A stretch of 64,000 nt of DNA from Perna viridis (Eukaryota), in assembly GCA_037379345.1 (NCBI GenBank), contig CM074514.1, positions 14,260,001-14,324,000 on the forward strand, read 5' to 3'. The notes below the pieces were generated by a model. It was given only the letters and a program-made list of their open reading frames with translations, was not told the origin of the DNA and ran no database searches. The translations under genes were made by a program, and so were the position numbers. Shown here piece by piece: positions 1 through 13,300 of this stretch; positions within the stretch are counted from its first letter, which is position 1, and every line of letters begins with the position of its first letter.

Positions 1-42
1 ACAGATTTAGGCAACAATTTTTATATAGTTTCTAAATAAATA

Positions 43-246
43 CATAACAACAGGTCTCATGGATGCAGATTAAATGCATAACAACAGGTCTCATGGATGC
101 AGATTATATGCATAACAACAGGTCTCATGGATGCAGATTAAATGCTTAACAACAGGTCTCATGGATACAGATTAAATGCATAACAACAGGTCTCATGGAT
201 GCAGATTAAATACATAACAACAGGTCTCATGGATGCAGATTAAATA
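43..246. repeat. Minisatellite, 6 copies of a 34-bp unit (cataacaacaggtctcatggatgcagattaaatg)
   Basis: Near-identical direct tandem units starting at 43, 77, 111, 145, 179 and 213, with no spacers. Confidence 0.95.
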
Positions 247-249
247 TCA

Positions 250-780
250 AAATAAAAATACTATAGTTTCAAACCTGATTACAATTCTAAAAACAATGGC
301 CGTCGTTAACTCTAAACCAAACTATGTTGAATACCAGTCTGTAGATTTCACACTATTTTAGAGAAATGTAATAAAATTTCGCTCAGCAGTCCAAAACACG
401 AAACTGCTCAAATTATAATTGCCTTCTGTTATTCCAAACTTTTTCCAAAAATTGATTGTCTAAAAATCACAGAAAGTATTTTCTAGAACTGTATATGTTA
501 ATAAAGGCTTTGAATTTATCAACATTGCTGGTGTTTTGAATGATCAAACAGTTGAGGAAACTATCCCTGCTTATGTTGATAATACTGAACTCCCTTCTTT
601 TTGCTATATTTTCATAAAGTTAACCCATAAATGTGTCTTTTTTTATGGTGAATTTTGCAAAGATGTGAACATTAAGGGAAATACACCAATATCCTGAAAT
701 TGCAGTTACTCAAAATATATTTATGATTCCAGTTCCCATATTATAACACATAATCTAAATGTTGTTAGTAACTGAGAGGT
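250..780 (+). mobile_element. Degenerate Penelope-like retroelement fragment (Naiad-like region N-terminal to the RT)
   Basis: Broken translation ...YVNKGFEFINIAGVLNDQTVEETIPAYVDNTELP...NCSYSKYIYDSSSHIITHNLNVV resembles, from memory, the pre-RT region of bivalve PLEs. Contains stops and frameshifts. Confidence 0.5.
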
Positions 781-1391
781 GACAACAATTATTTCCCTTT
801 AAGGGAGGGTTGTGAGTACTTTAACCCTAACAAGTCAGGAATTTCTGGCCTCTGTATGTATTGTTATGTTTTTATTTTCCATTTACTTTATGTCTGTAGT
901 ATATTGGGGCAATTATTTTACTGTACCTGTGTATAATGTTTTTTTTTGGGCCAGCTGAAGCCTGCCATATGGTGTGAGGGTTTCCTTATCATGAATTGAA
1001 GACTCATGAATGGTCTTGAGGTGATATTTTTCTTCCCACTGGGGTTGTTGCCCACTGGGGTTGTTGTCTCCTTGACATATTCTCCATATCCATTCTCATT
1101 ATATATAAGTGACTTTTAGTTTTAAGTTAACATTGACCTGAGTCAGACAAATAAATACCACTGGACAGACACTTAACTCCAACTGATACTCAGATGTAGT
1201 GTAATCATTAATTAGATGTCTTTGGTCAACTGTATAAGAGATGTATGTGACTAACCGTAAATATCATATAGGTTACTAATTGTACAAATGAGATTTCATT
1301 ATCCTTAAAATAATAAGTTTAACTTTTAAGGCTAACTGCTTTGTAATTTGTGTCTTGAATTGATTTTTTGGTATGGAACATGTATTTGTAG

Positions 1392-4300
1392 TTGCCTGTG
1401 CTGGACCATGAGAAGTTACAGGGATATAGGCAGCAGAGACTTGCCCATTTACAGTTATCATTAATATCAGCTGGTTATATCTGGCAGGATGGTGATAAAG
1501 GAGTTCCTCAGGTAGGTTTTGTACCGGGTATATATGGTTGAAAAAGAACGGATTTGGTGAAACACAACAAATGCACCAGCATATAAAATAAATACAAAAT
1601 AGTAAATACTTTCAGAGATCACCAAAAGGTCTTCAATAAGTGTAAACACACCTTTAACTAAGCTCTGGAAGGCCCTGACAACAAAGTAATAAAATCCATG
1701 GAAACTGAACGATTACAATTCTTCAAAATCAAACTAAAAAGTAGTATAACTACACAGAGACACATAAATGACCAACATCTGACTCTAGATATGAAATCTA
1801 GTTTTAGCAGGTCTAACCTCATCCCTTTAATGTATGGTCAAAATTAAACTAAAACAACAAACAAACTCACCTTAAAATTCATTCAATAATACATCCAATA
1901 CTTCCATGAAATACCTCAACTTAAAGCACATAAACAAATGAGATATTCGCTTAAAGAATGTTCACAGTTACTGAAAGCTAGGTCAGAACTTATTAAAGAA
2001 TGCTCACAGTTACTGACTCTAGGTCAGAACATATTAAATTACTGAAAGCTAGGTCAGAACTTATTAAAGAATGCTCACAGTTACTGAATCTAGGTCAGAA
2101 GTTATTAAATTACTGAAAGCTAGGTCAGAACTTATTAAAGAATGCTCACAGTTACTGAAAGCTAGTTCAGAACATATTAAAGAACGCTCACAGTTACTGA
2201 AAGCTAGGTCAGAACTTATTAAAGAATGCTCACAGTTACTGAAAGTTAGGTCAGAACTAATTGGTCACTACAATTCCAGTGGACTGGATTTAGAGTAGTA
2301 ATGTCCAGTACTAAATTGGCAAGATTTTGTAGTGCAATACTAAAAAATGACTCAGTTTTTAGGCATGGATGTGATTAGGGGTCAAATTTCTCTTTTTGTG
2401 AAAACAAGGTTTAAAGAATGGACAATAATTTGAAAATCTTTTCATTTAAGAACAAATCTGTCAAGGGCAGTGGATAAACCCATGGGATTTTGTTTAAAGA
2501 ATGTGTTTTATAGACTAATTTTCGTTAAACAAAAAAAAAATGGGTGGGCAGTACTTTTTTTTATAAAGAACCTTTAAGTGCTATTATATTTTTGTATCAA
2601 AGTTTTGTAATGGGGAAAAACTTAGTAAATGTCTTTAGAAGGAATTAATTGAGTCATTAAAATCTTACACTTTATTACAAATACATGCAAAATAGCAAAC
2701 AGACAGTTGTGAAATGTAAATGCTGTAAGAGGGTGCTTCAGGAATATCACCATTTAGAATGGGAAATTAACAATAGGAAAATAAAATTCATCTCATTTGT
2801 CATAAATTTTAGTTTGAAGGTTTCCTTTTTCTAGTATAATATTTAACTCAAGAAAAGGTGTGTGAGTTATTGTTAGACTTAGTCAGCTTAAGTTCCTTTG
2901 GGTAGATATCTTGAACATAGTTTTTGAAGTTAGAATTATTTACAGTTACTGAAAGCTAGTAATATGCTCCAATATGCTTTCAGTAAAAGCAGAGGACGCT
3001 TACCCTACTGGTGCACCTGGTCCATGCTCCCAGTTTTTAGTGGAGTCTGAGTTGCTTATTTACTTTTGTTACTTTGTATGTATGATTTTAGTTACTTTAT
3101 GTTCTTTGTTGTGTGTGTCTGTTTTCCATGTCTGGTCTTTGTCCCTGGATTACATTCTTTTGATTACCGCTTTAACCTTGGTTCCCTTGATTACTCTATG
3201 ATTACCGCTATAACCTTGGTTCCCTTGATTACTCTTTGATTACCGCTATAACCTTGGTTCCCTTGATTACTCCTTGATTACCGCTATAACCTTGGTTCCA
3301 TTCATTTCTCTTACAGCCAAAATATCATCAAGGTATCTAAAAGTATTATTGAATTCATGCAACAGATCATGTTTTGATGTATGTTTAAAGAGTTTAGCCA
3401 TGAACTGGGATTCATAGCAATAGAGAACAAATTGGCTATAAGAGGAGTACAATGTGTCTTCATTGGAATACCAACGACTTGTCTGTATAGAGTATCACCA
3501 AGTGGAATGAAATATTATGAATTTAAAAAACTCAAAGCATTGATCATATCTAAGTGTGTCTAATTGATGTATTTATTTCATCTTCCTTTACTGAAAAATG
3601 CATCGTAGTCATTACAAGAAATTAATTTAAAACTAGATTTATCCAGGTACATGATCAGTCTGACTTAAGTAAGTGCTTACTTTCTGACATAGAAATCCAG
3701 AACACTGAAGCTAAGAATATTATTTGTCCGACTATAGGCTTGTTTCACTTTATAGTGTAAAGACGTTACCTGCAATTTCTGTATATATGGTCTGTCTGTC
3801 CACATATTAACTCAGAAGCACTGACTGAAGGATTTTAAGAAGTATTTGACATTGTTTTGTCTTGATTAAAAAAGTTTTCTCTAATTTTTCATGTCATTAG
3901 GACTAAACACCATTTGCATATCATGTGCTTTAGAGCTTTGTTTGTGTTTATTATGTTTTAGGCATTACCAGAATGCTTAGCTGTACCATGGTATGGAATA
4001 TCAGAAAAAGTAGGAATCTTACCAGTCATTTGTCATCCAGATGTAGTCTTAGCTAATTGGAAACTACTTGATCCTGATAAGTAAGAAAATTTTCTGTGAT
4101 ATATTTACTGCTCCAAGCAGTTAATTTATTTATTTGGTTGAATTATTTCTGGAGACTTAAATAAAATTCCTTTCTCAGATTGTTGGGTACACTTTGTAGA
4201 GACATTGAAATTTGGTGGATGCTACTTAGAGGTTTGAAATGTTTTGTATACTTTTGTCACCATCATTTAATGTGACAAAGTAATTTTATTTTACACCCTT

Positions 4301-7300
4301 CATTTTATAGACTTACACAAGTTTTTTACTTATAAATCTATCCACACATTGTGATTCTATAATACTCAGAGAGATTTTTCTTCTTTTTTCTTTTTGTTGT
4401 TTTCTAATTGTTCATTTTTGAGTTTTTGGACTTAAAACCCTTAAAAAGGGAAAAAGAGAAATTATCATTTATGTATCTGTACTTTTGAAAAATACCAAGG
4501 ATGAGATATTACATTTTCACTTACAAAATGGACATAATGGAAAAAAACTCTTTTTCTCTATTTCAATTTTATTGAAATTTCTTCTGTGTAGGGCGTGATT
4601 TAATTTGTATTTCTAAAATAATAATAATAATAATGTGTCATGTCTTTGTTATTTCAGACCTCCAGTTTTAGAGTAAGTATTATTCATCTTTTCTGTGTAA
4701 GTACAAAACAAAATTACTTTCAGTTGAAAAGATTCTCTCTAAACTTTGAAGATTTTTCATACATGTAGTTACTTTTTGTTGGTAAGACGTTACATGATGT
4801 AGATGTTATCAAATTTTAAGGGGTATCCTTTTTTCATTTAAAAAAAATCAGATATCTTTTAATATTAAACACAGTGTTCCAGCTAGCCCAAAATAGATGG
4901 GCGCCCCACCACTCTGCCTTTTTTTGCTCCTCTGCCCTTTCAAGCCTTCTCATGCACTCCTCTGTCATGTTTGCATTGCTGTTTGTTCAGGTTTATGAAT
5001 TTCAAAATGAATGCACCATTAAACTTTGATTATATGATAGGTATGTGGGTACAGGTATGTGGGTACTCACAATTTTTACTTGTGCATGTAAATAGAACTT
5101 CTTATATCTATACATTCTTCAGCATACTAGTACATGATCTCAGTTTGGTCATTCACTCTACAAATAATCATTCTACCGTTTATAAAAAGTTCTTATTTTG
5201 ATTGAGTTTATCGTCATTGAAGGAACCTTAGATGTTTGTACTTGATACCTGGAGGAATGGATGCCAACTGGTTTTTCATGGTCACAGCTCGTATTGAACT
5301 GGATTTTACTCCTGCTTTAAAGGTATTCTTATTTGCTGTAGTTTATTTCAAAATTCATTAAAATAGATTGGGTATTGGCTGCACAGTTAGATGTTTAAAA
5401 TGATAAATTTTGTATAGGGAGAAATGAGTATAATCTGTATGTAAACATCATTTTTGGCCAAAGTTAAATCTGGTTTTTGTGTAAAACTTTGTTTTGGTGA
5501 TAAATGAAGATGGAATATCTATGTGTATTTTCTTATTCATACTTATTTCACCTTACATAGTTATGTACACAGGCAAATGTGCCACACATAAGAATCATAT
5601 GGTTTGCATCATATGATTATCATATAAATTGAGCACCATATGATGATCATATGTTTCAGTTGACATATGATTATTGCATGATTATCATATGATAATCATA
5701 TGTTTTTCACAAACATATGATTATCATATGTTTTCAAGCCAAAATTAACATATGATAATCATATGGTAATCATATGACTGTCATATTTTAAATATCATAT
5801 GATTGCCATATGGTTATCATATGAATGAAGCACTATATAATTATCATATGTGGCACATTTGGCTGTGTATATAACAGTACAGTACATCCATGGGTCTATA
5901 TTTGTTTTTAGAGTATTATTGATGGAATAAGGGCAGCAGATGATGATGATGCTGAGACATTGATTCAAAGTTTGTCAACAATCAGACAAGTAATTCTGCA
6001 GGTGAAAGAAACTCTTAGTCACATGCATGGTAAATTCATAAGAGTTGGTATAAACATTGTTCTTTCTTAACACTTGTTATTAAAGGAGACATGACACAAA
6101 ATATTATTTTTTCAATTTTTGATTTATTTGATTTATTACACCTAATATATATCTTAAAAACATCCCTTGTAGTCACTTATATTGTTTAATTATAGAGATA
6201 TATTGATTCAAAATCGATGATGACCCAAGGCATACGAATTTTAATTAGCCATGTTGTCATGTGACCGTGTTACGTCATTGGTTCTATATTCATGAAAGGC
6301 ATGGGGCTTCTGCACTTTTTACATGATTTCTACAAATGAGAGTGAAAATATTGAAAGTTTTGGTTTGCCAGTGAATATATACTTACAGTTGTATCAATTT
6401 AAAGAACTTCAAGAAGAAAATAATAAACAATGACAGAAATATTTAACTATTACACATGTGAAGACTTGAATTCACAGAGAGATGACACCACTTCTTTTCG
6501 AAGAGTACATAGAAATATTTCATTATGTTCTGTCATGGTCGATTTAATTTTTTACATAAAGTAAATTAAATTCACATTCTAAGATTTATACTGTTCCAAT
6601 CTCGATCTTCAATTGAAATATTGATTTCACTCCTTTTAACGGAACGTTACTCCTGACAAGTGTACCAGTACCCCGCAAGTACAGCTATAGGATAATACGA
6701 ACACGTTGATTTTTTATTGGTTTTTGATGAAGCTTCCTCGTGTTCTTAATCCTTTTTGCTAAAATTAAATATTTTAACTGAAGAATTAAAAAAAAAATTT
6801 CATATCAGAAAATCTTCCTTGAACTCACCTAGGTCGCCTATTATAATTGTGTATTGTGTCAAATTCTTTATGTAAATTGTTTTATTTCAAAATTTGTAAG
6901 ACAAAAAAATGCAATCACTTTATAATTATTGGAGTTATGCACCTGTGTTGACACCTATGTCACAAGGCACTGTTCCATGTAAAGATAAAAGAAGCCACCC
7001 ATGCTTTCTATTGGCCGTAATTAAGTCTACCAGGCTTGTTAATTGATATAACCCAGCGACAAAGAAAGAACAATACACAGTGTCACCATCATATTTGCAC
7101 CCTCCTATTCAAGTCCAAAAAATAGTGTGCAAAGTAGTTGTGTTTTTTCGACATACGAGAAGAACTTTAGTCTTCTTACTTTCTAAACATGATTATCGGA
7201 CTCATACATAGATCATTGGACCGCTCTACATTATATATACAAGCTATTTTTGAAGATTTATTATTCTTTTCGGGCACGTGTATACATTTTCAATGCACCC

Positions 7301-10300
7301 AAATGGAGATTGAGAACCAATGACGTAGCACTTCCATATATGGTAAGTAGGTGTTACTTTCGGTTTCCATTTATACATATTAATTAGGTCGTCATGATAA
7401 CATGAATAAATCATTCTTGAGTTACGATTTCATTGAAATGCACTGAAAATGAACAGTTCAAGGGCTGATAACTCGGTCAAAAACCTAATTTTTCTAACAT
7501 TCTATTGAAAAATTTTTGAGCAAAGCCAGTGATGCAGAGATTAAATATTGGTCTTTTCAAACAGTAAAGGTAGCCTCAAGTTATATTTCATTGACAGATC
7601 AGTGGGTTTTTGACGTGCATGTTTCTGATTTTCCCCATTTTGCCTGATTCTAACAAACACATACACTTAAAATTCCAGTCTATTGTTAAGTTCCTTAAAG
7701 GTTTTAGCATTAACTTGCAGCTGATGACATAAAAGATAATCATGAAACAGAATAATCAGTACTCATTAAAATTACAACTAGCAGGCTATTAAATTGAGTC
7801 ACATTGAATACTTTTAGAAAAATGATATAAGGATAGATATTCTTTTTACTGTAGAACTGGTGTCAGCTGAAACATTTTATGATACAATAAGACCATTTCT
7901 TGGAGGGTAAGATTCTGTTGTATGGATTAATGAACTTGTAACATTTGTTGTGGAATATCGTCATTTATGATTTAGGGGGAAATAAATACCATTAGAATTG
8001 AGACAGAACTGTTTAAGAGAACAGTTTATTCATTGTTTACATTTTCTCATCAAACTATGAAAGTTGTGAATATTAAAATCCCTCCCCCTCACCCCCGACC
8101 CCAAAAAAAAAAAAAAAAAAGAAAAACATTAAGTTGTAAAGGTTTTAAAGTTTAATATGAAAACTGCTTAATTCACCAGTTGAATGTGTGTGTTTACTAT
8201 AAGAAAACTTACGGGTAATTTGATGTATTTGCTGCATAGATCACATTACATATTTTATAAATAGAAACATAAACCAACAACCAACAAACTAAACAAAAAT
8301 ATTCTAATAATTTCAGGTTTGGTGGTGAAAGCTCTCCAATGCCTGATGGACTGATCTACAAAGGGATATCTGATGAACCAATTAAGGTTGCTATCTTTGT
8401 CTCTTTCTATTCTTTTAGCTTTACTATTTTATGATATTTTTTTTAAAGTGAAGGTAATAACATATCCAGTGAGTGGATTGAATATGGGAATCACCTTGTC
8501 CATATGTGCAAATTTCATTGCAGTTATCTCAGCTCCAAATAGAAGTATTGTTTTCAAATTTAGTTTATTGCTTTATATACACGGGTCATACATGGTAAGT
8601 GATTTTGGCTGCTGTCTGATATCAACTTCCTGTTTTAGTTGGACTTTGCCATTTTTCGTTACAAATTTATATGGAATGATAGAGAAACTTTTCGTCACAA
8701 AAATCTTGGCTCCCAATGGATGCATTAATTTTAAATTTGGTGTCTAGATATTTATAGATGGGGCATATGTTGTATGGTATTTTGGATGCTGTTTGATATC
8801 AACTTCCTGTATGAGTTGGGGTATGCCTAGCATGACAACACATGCAACTTCATGTTAAAAAATTTATATTTATAAATTATCTAAGCTCTGAATAATCTGT
8901 TCATCAAATGATACCAGGCTTGAAGTTGCAGTCAGAAAACTAATGAAATTACTTTTTAAATGTAATCATTTAGAGTTTTCAGAATACCCAATTTATGGTC
9001 AACACAATTTAGAATTTACATTCAAGCTGTTTAAATGATTTCAATAAGTTGTGTATTAGTGGGTACATGTATCTATATTTCACATACTACTATTTCATTA
9101 TTAGATGGCTGGTGGGAGTGCTGCGCAAAGCTCTACATTACAATGCTTAGATGCTGCTTTTGGAATACATCATGACCCTGGTAACTTCTTAATTATACCC
9201 CCACTCTGAAGGATAAGGGGGTATACTGTTTTACCCTTGTCTGCATTTGTTTGTCTATGTTTCCGTGGGTCTGTGTTTCCATGTGTCTGTTTTCATAAAT
9301 CTTTTTTCTGTCATTGTCTTCTAAGCAGCTACTCATCACAGCAGATTGAAATTTTAACATATTCTTTCTGTAGGTTTGCCAAATGGTGGGATTCATTTTC
9401 AGAAAAATTTGACATTAAGTTCTTGTTTACCAAAATCATATTTTGAAAAATTGGAAAACTTCCTTTTTATCAAGGACTGTGTTAATTTTTTTTAAAATTT
9501 TTTTGAAAGTTGAAATTTTTCTCACACTTCTCTCCACGACTTTTCATCACAGCAGTTTGAAATTTTGATATATTCTTTCTGTTGATATGCCATATGATGG
9601 GATCCATTTTTTTTTAAATTCAACGACAATTCCCTGTTTACCAAGGACTTTGTTTATGTTCCTTAAATCATGATTGAAAGTATTACTAGTAAGACATCAC
9701 TCACAAATTTCTGATTGTTTTTATTATAGTTTTCAATCATATAGTTTTTATTTACATTTAAATGTTTTGTATGTTGGGGACATATAGATTCTCCTCCAGT
9801 AATGAGTGGTTTAAATTATTTCTCCACTCAAGATGGTAAAACTTATAATTTCAACATGCAAGCTTTACCATATGGAGTGTATAAGTTGTTTTTATCATGA
9901 ATAAGCTAAAGGAGCATTGGTTTCTCTCATGAAATCAGTTGAAAACTGGGCAAATGTAAAATGTCAGGGAATCTCCTGCAAAAATAATCAATGCCCTGTG
10001 GATGACAAGTTATGTGCATTTTAATAGTGGCTTAGAAATGGAGAAACGGATTTAAGCCAAGAGTTATTGCCCTTAAGAGTTGTGTTTTATAGTGTAATCA
10101 AGAGAACTGAGATTCTAGTGAAAATCAAAAGAATGTAATCCGGGGACAATGACCAGATATGGGACACAGACACACAACAGAGGACATAAAATAACCAAAA
10201 TAATACGTACAAAGCAACAAAAGTAAACGAGCAAATTGGACTCCACTAGGACCAGGTGCAGCGGTAGGGTAAGCATCCTCTCTTTTTCTAGAAACACCAG

Positions 10301-13300
10301 CCGAGCTGCTCATAAAAAGTCAAGTCCAAGATTAACGAAAGAGGAACGGAAAACTATGACACATTGAACAAAACGGCCCTCATGGTGCAGATGGATACAC
10401 TGTAATGATCCACGAGTTGATGAAGACGACCGTAAAACTTCAGTAGTGATGACTTCAATCTTGTAGCAACATAAACCTGTTCCAGAAGCCTAGTTGTTAA
10501 AAGTGTAGTTTGGTACAAGAAGTCTGGGTAATTGAGCAGGCTCTGGCATAGCGTATGATTTGTGATGTGAAAACTCCATACACAGTTGCTGAAGGTATGT
10601 TGCCACAGATGAAAAGAAAGTTGTCAATACAAAATGAAAAGTCATTGTGTTTGTCGTATAGTTTGGTCAATAGTTTTCCTTTACCATTGATCTCTAAATT
10701 TAAGTCAAAATATGAGACTGACTTCAGTGTCTGTAGAATCCTTTGTCTCAAGTTCTTTTGGGTTAATGCGATGTATAAAATCCCGGAAACTAGGATTGTT
10801 TAATGATAATGCGTCATCTATATTGTGGAAACTAAGATTGAAGGATCTGGCTAAACAGTGTTCCTTTCTTTGGATTAGATCAGCTATAATTTCAACCTTG
10901 TTATAGTGAAGGAATAGGTCAGTGAGTAGAGGAGCAAAATTTGTTCCCATTTGAATGCCGACGATTTGTTGAAAAGCCTGTCCACCACACTGGCTTTATA
11001 TGTTGTCTATAAAAAAATTCCAGCAATTTGAAAAAATCTTCTTTGGTGTATTTTGAAGATGATTTGGAATTGTTTCTTTACAAAGTATGAAGAGTTTTTA
11101 CCAAGTATTACATATTTATATCTAGGTGTACCATGTTTTTTTGGAAAAACAATGATGTATAATGTTTTATGAGATGTGAACTTAACTGAGTATGGGTAAT
11201 AGACGTATATGATATATAATTATCACCAATATACTTGTATTCATAAACATGTCAATTAAGTGATTGAATTTTAACACCTTTTGTTATGTCTATGGATCAG
11301 TTGCATCATGTAAATACCTAAGTTTGAATTATTGAGCTGCATCATAAAAACTTAATTTGAACTCAAAATGTTTTACAACAAAACTTGTAAGTATTTGTAC
11401 TTAAGAAATGATTGTCACATATTTTTGGTCTGTGAAGATATAACCCCAATCATGGAATGCTAAAATATACAGAAAAATATTTAAGTGATTCATCATTTTT
11501 TAGCATGTGATTCAAAATTTTATGACTAAATTAAATAACAGTTTTACATGGCGCCACAATGAAATTATGCCTATGAGTTGATAAACAAAAATATTTGAAG
11601 ATCAGAAGAGATGTTATAACTAGAACTGAATCATCTATATATGATAACAATATCAGCTGTAACTGTAATTATAAACCTTTGTTTTGCTATAGACATACAG
11701 GACTTCCTTATCAGGATGAGAGACCACATGCCAAGGGATCATAAAAGACTTATAGAGGCAATAAAGGAGAAATCTGCAATAAGAAGTTATAGTAAGTGAT
11801 CATGAGAAATATACATCTATGACAAGAAATACCATAGGCAAATAGGTAGAACAGTACTATTCTCATTATTTTAGGTTGGCCTTTTGTGTACCCTGCTTAA
11901 GTAAATACTTCTGGACACTAATTGGACAGATTGTGCGGATACCCAAAATATTTTATTAATTCCAGACTCTAATATAATTATACTTTTTAAAAAATTGCAT
12001 TATATTTTTTTAAAACAATTTATATAAATATTATGATTTTTGAAAAAAAAATTATGTGACTTTCACAGAAAAAGAGAACTTTGACCCCAAACATCATCTG
12101 CTTGAAACACCAAAGGAACAAAACAGTTATGGTATGGCTTTGCTCACATTTTTATTTAGAGAAGTGAAGATATGACTGGAAAGTCAGTTTATAGCTCCAT
12201 CATATTTTAAAGGGATGATTTTTTTCAAAAGTTTTACTATTGTCGCCTATGGGAAATAAATAGTACTGTTCTACCTTTACTGAAACTAACATTTCATGAA
12301 TGGATATACAGATTAGTTTCGGATTTTCTGTATGATGTGAGATCATACTATGTGTTTTAGTTATAATAATTCCTGTATAACTTCAAACTAAATTGTAATT
12401 TTATAATGACTTAAAAAATGAAATAGAAACTTTCTACCAGGGCATAATCTAGGCCGGGAAATGGAGATTTGAGTCACCAAGAATTTAAAAAATTTGATCT
12501 AATTTGCCAGCTCTTGTATTTTCAAGAGAAATGAAGTCACAGTTCAATTTGACCAAATCAAAACAAAAACATTTACGATATCCCAGGTGATTTTTGGGTT
12601 ACAATGACTGTTGTAGGATTGACAGTACAATAATCGTGACTATAGGTAGATTGTCTAAAAAATGCAGCATTTTAGGCTTAAGAAGATAAAATAGTAGATT
12701 CTCATCCCTCCCGCCCCTAAAAAATGGACAAAAATTAAAAAAAAATCCTCCCTCCCACCCTAGAATGACATATAGAATGAGATGGATGAGAATCTACTAT
12801 TTAAGTTTACTTGGCCTTATGGAAGAAATGGGTACTTAAGAAATTAAGTAGCACTCAAGCTAAGTAAGAATCATGCAAAATGTGAGTCATGGATAAAAAG
12901 CCTACATATTTTTATTTTTGACATTTTGTTTGAAGTGGCATAGTAAACAGAAATTATCATCCAGTTTTTCATACAAACCATGTTCTTAGGAGATAAAAAT
13001 TATATAGAATGCACTGTAGATTTCAAAATTAAGGGAGATAATTCTGTAAACGACACTCGAATACAATAGCATCTATTGGATATTCAATGTTGATTATCTC
13101 CTAAGAGCAGGCAGATTTTAATGAATAGTTACATATTTCATAATATAGACCAATGAAACAACTTTATTACAAAAATAAAAATATGTAGCTTTTTTTGGGG
13201 GTGTATCACATTTTTCAAATTTTGCAACATTCTTAGAAAGACAGCTACTTACTTGTAATTCTCCTTCATGAAAAGTTTGAGATTTCTTAAACTTCTTACT

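Noticed and set aside
43-246. CRISPR-like appearance of 34-bp repeats (also 1951-2260, 35749-35945, 56680-57352)
   Set aside because: Units are directly tandem with no unique spacers, there are no cas genes, and the context is eukaryotic introns.
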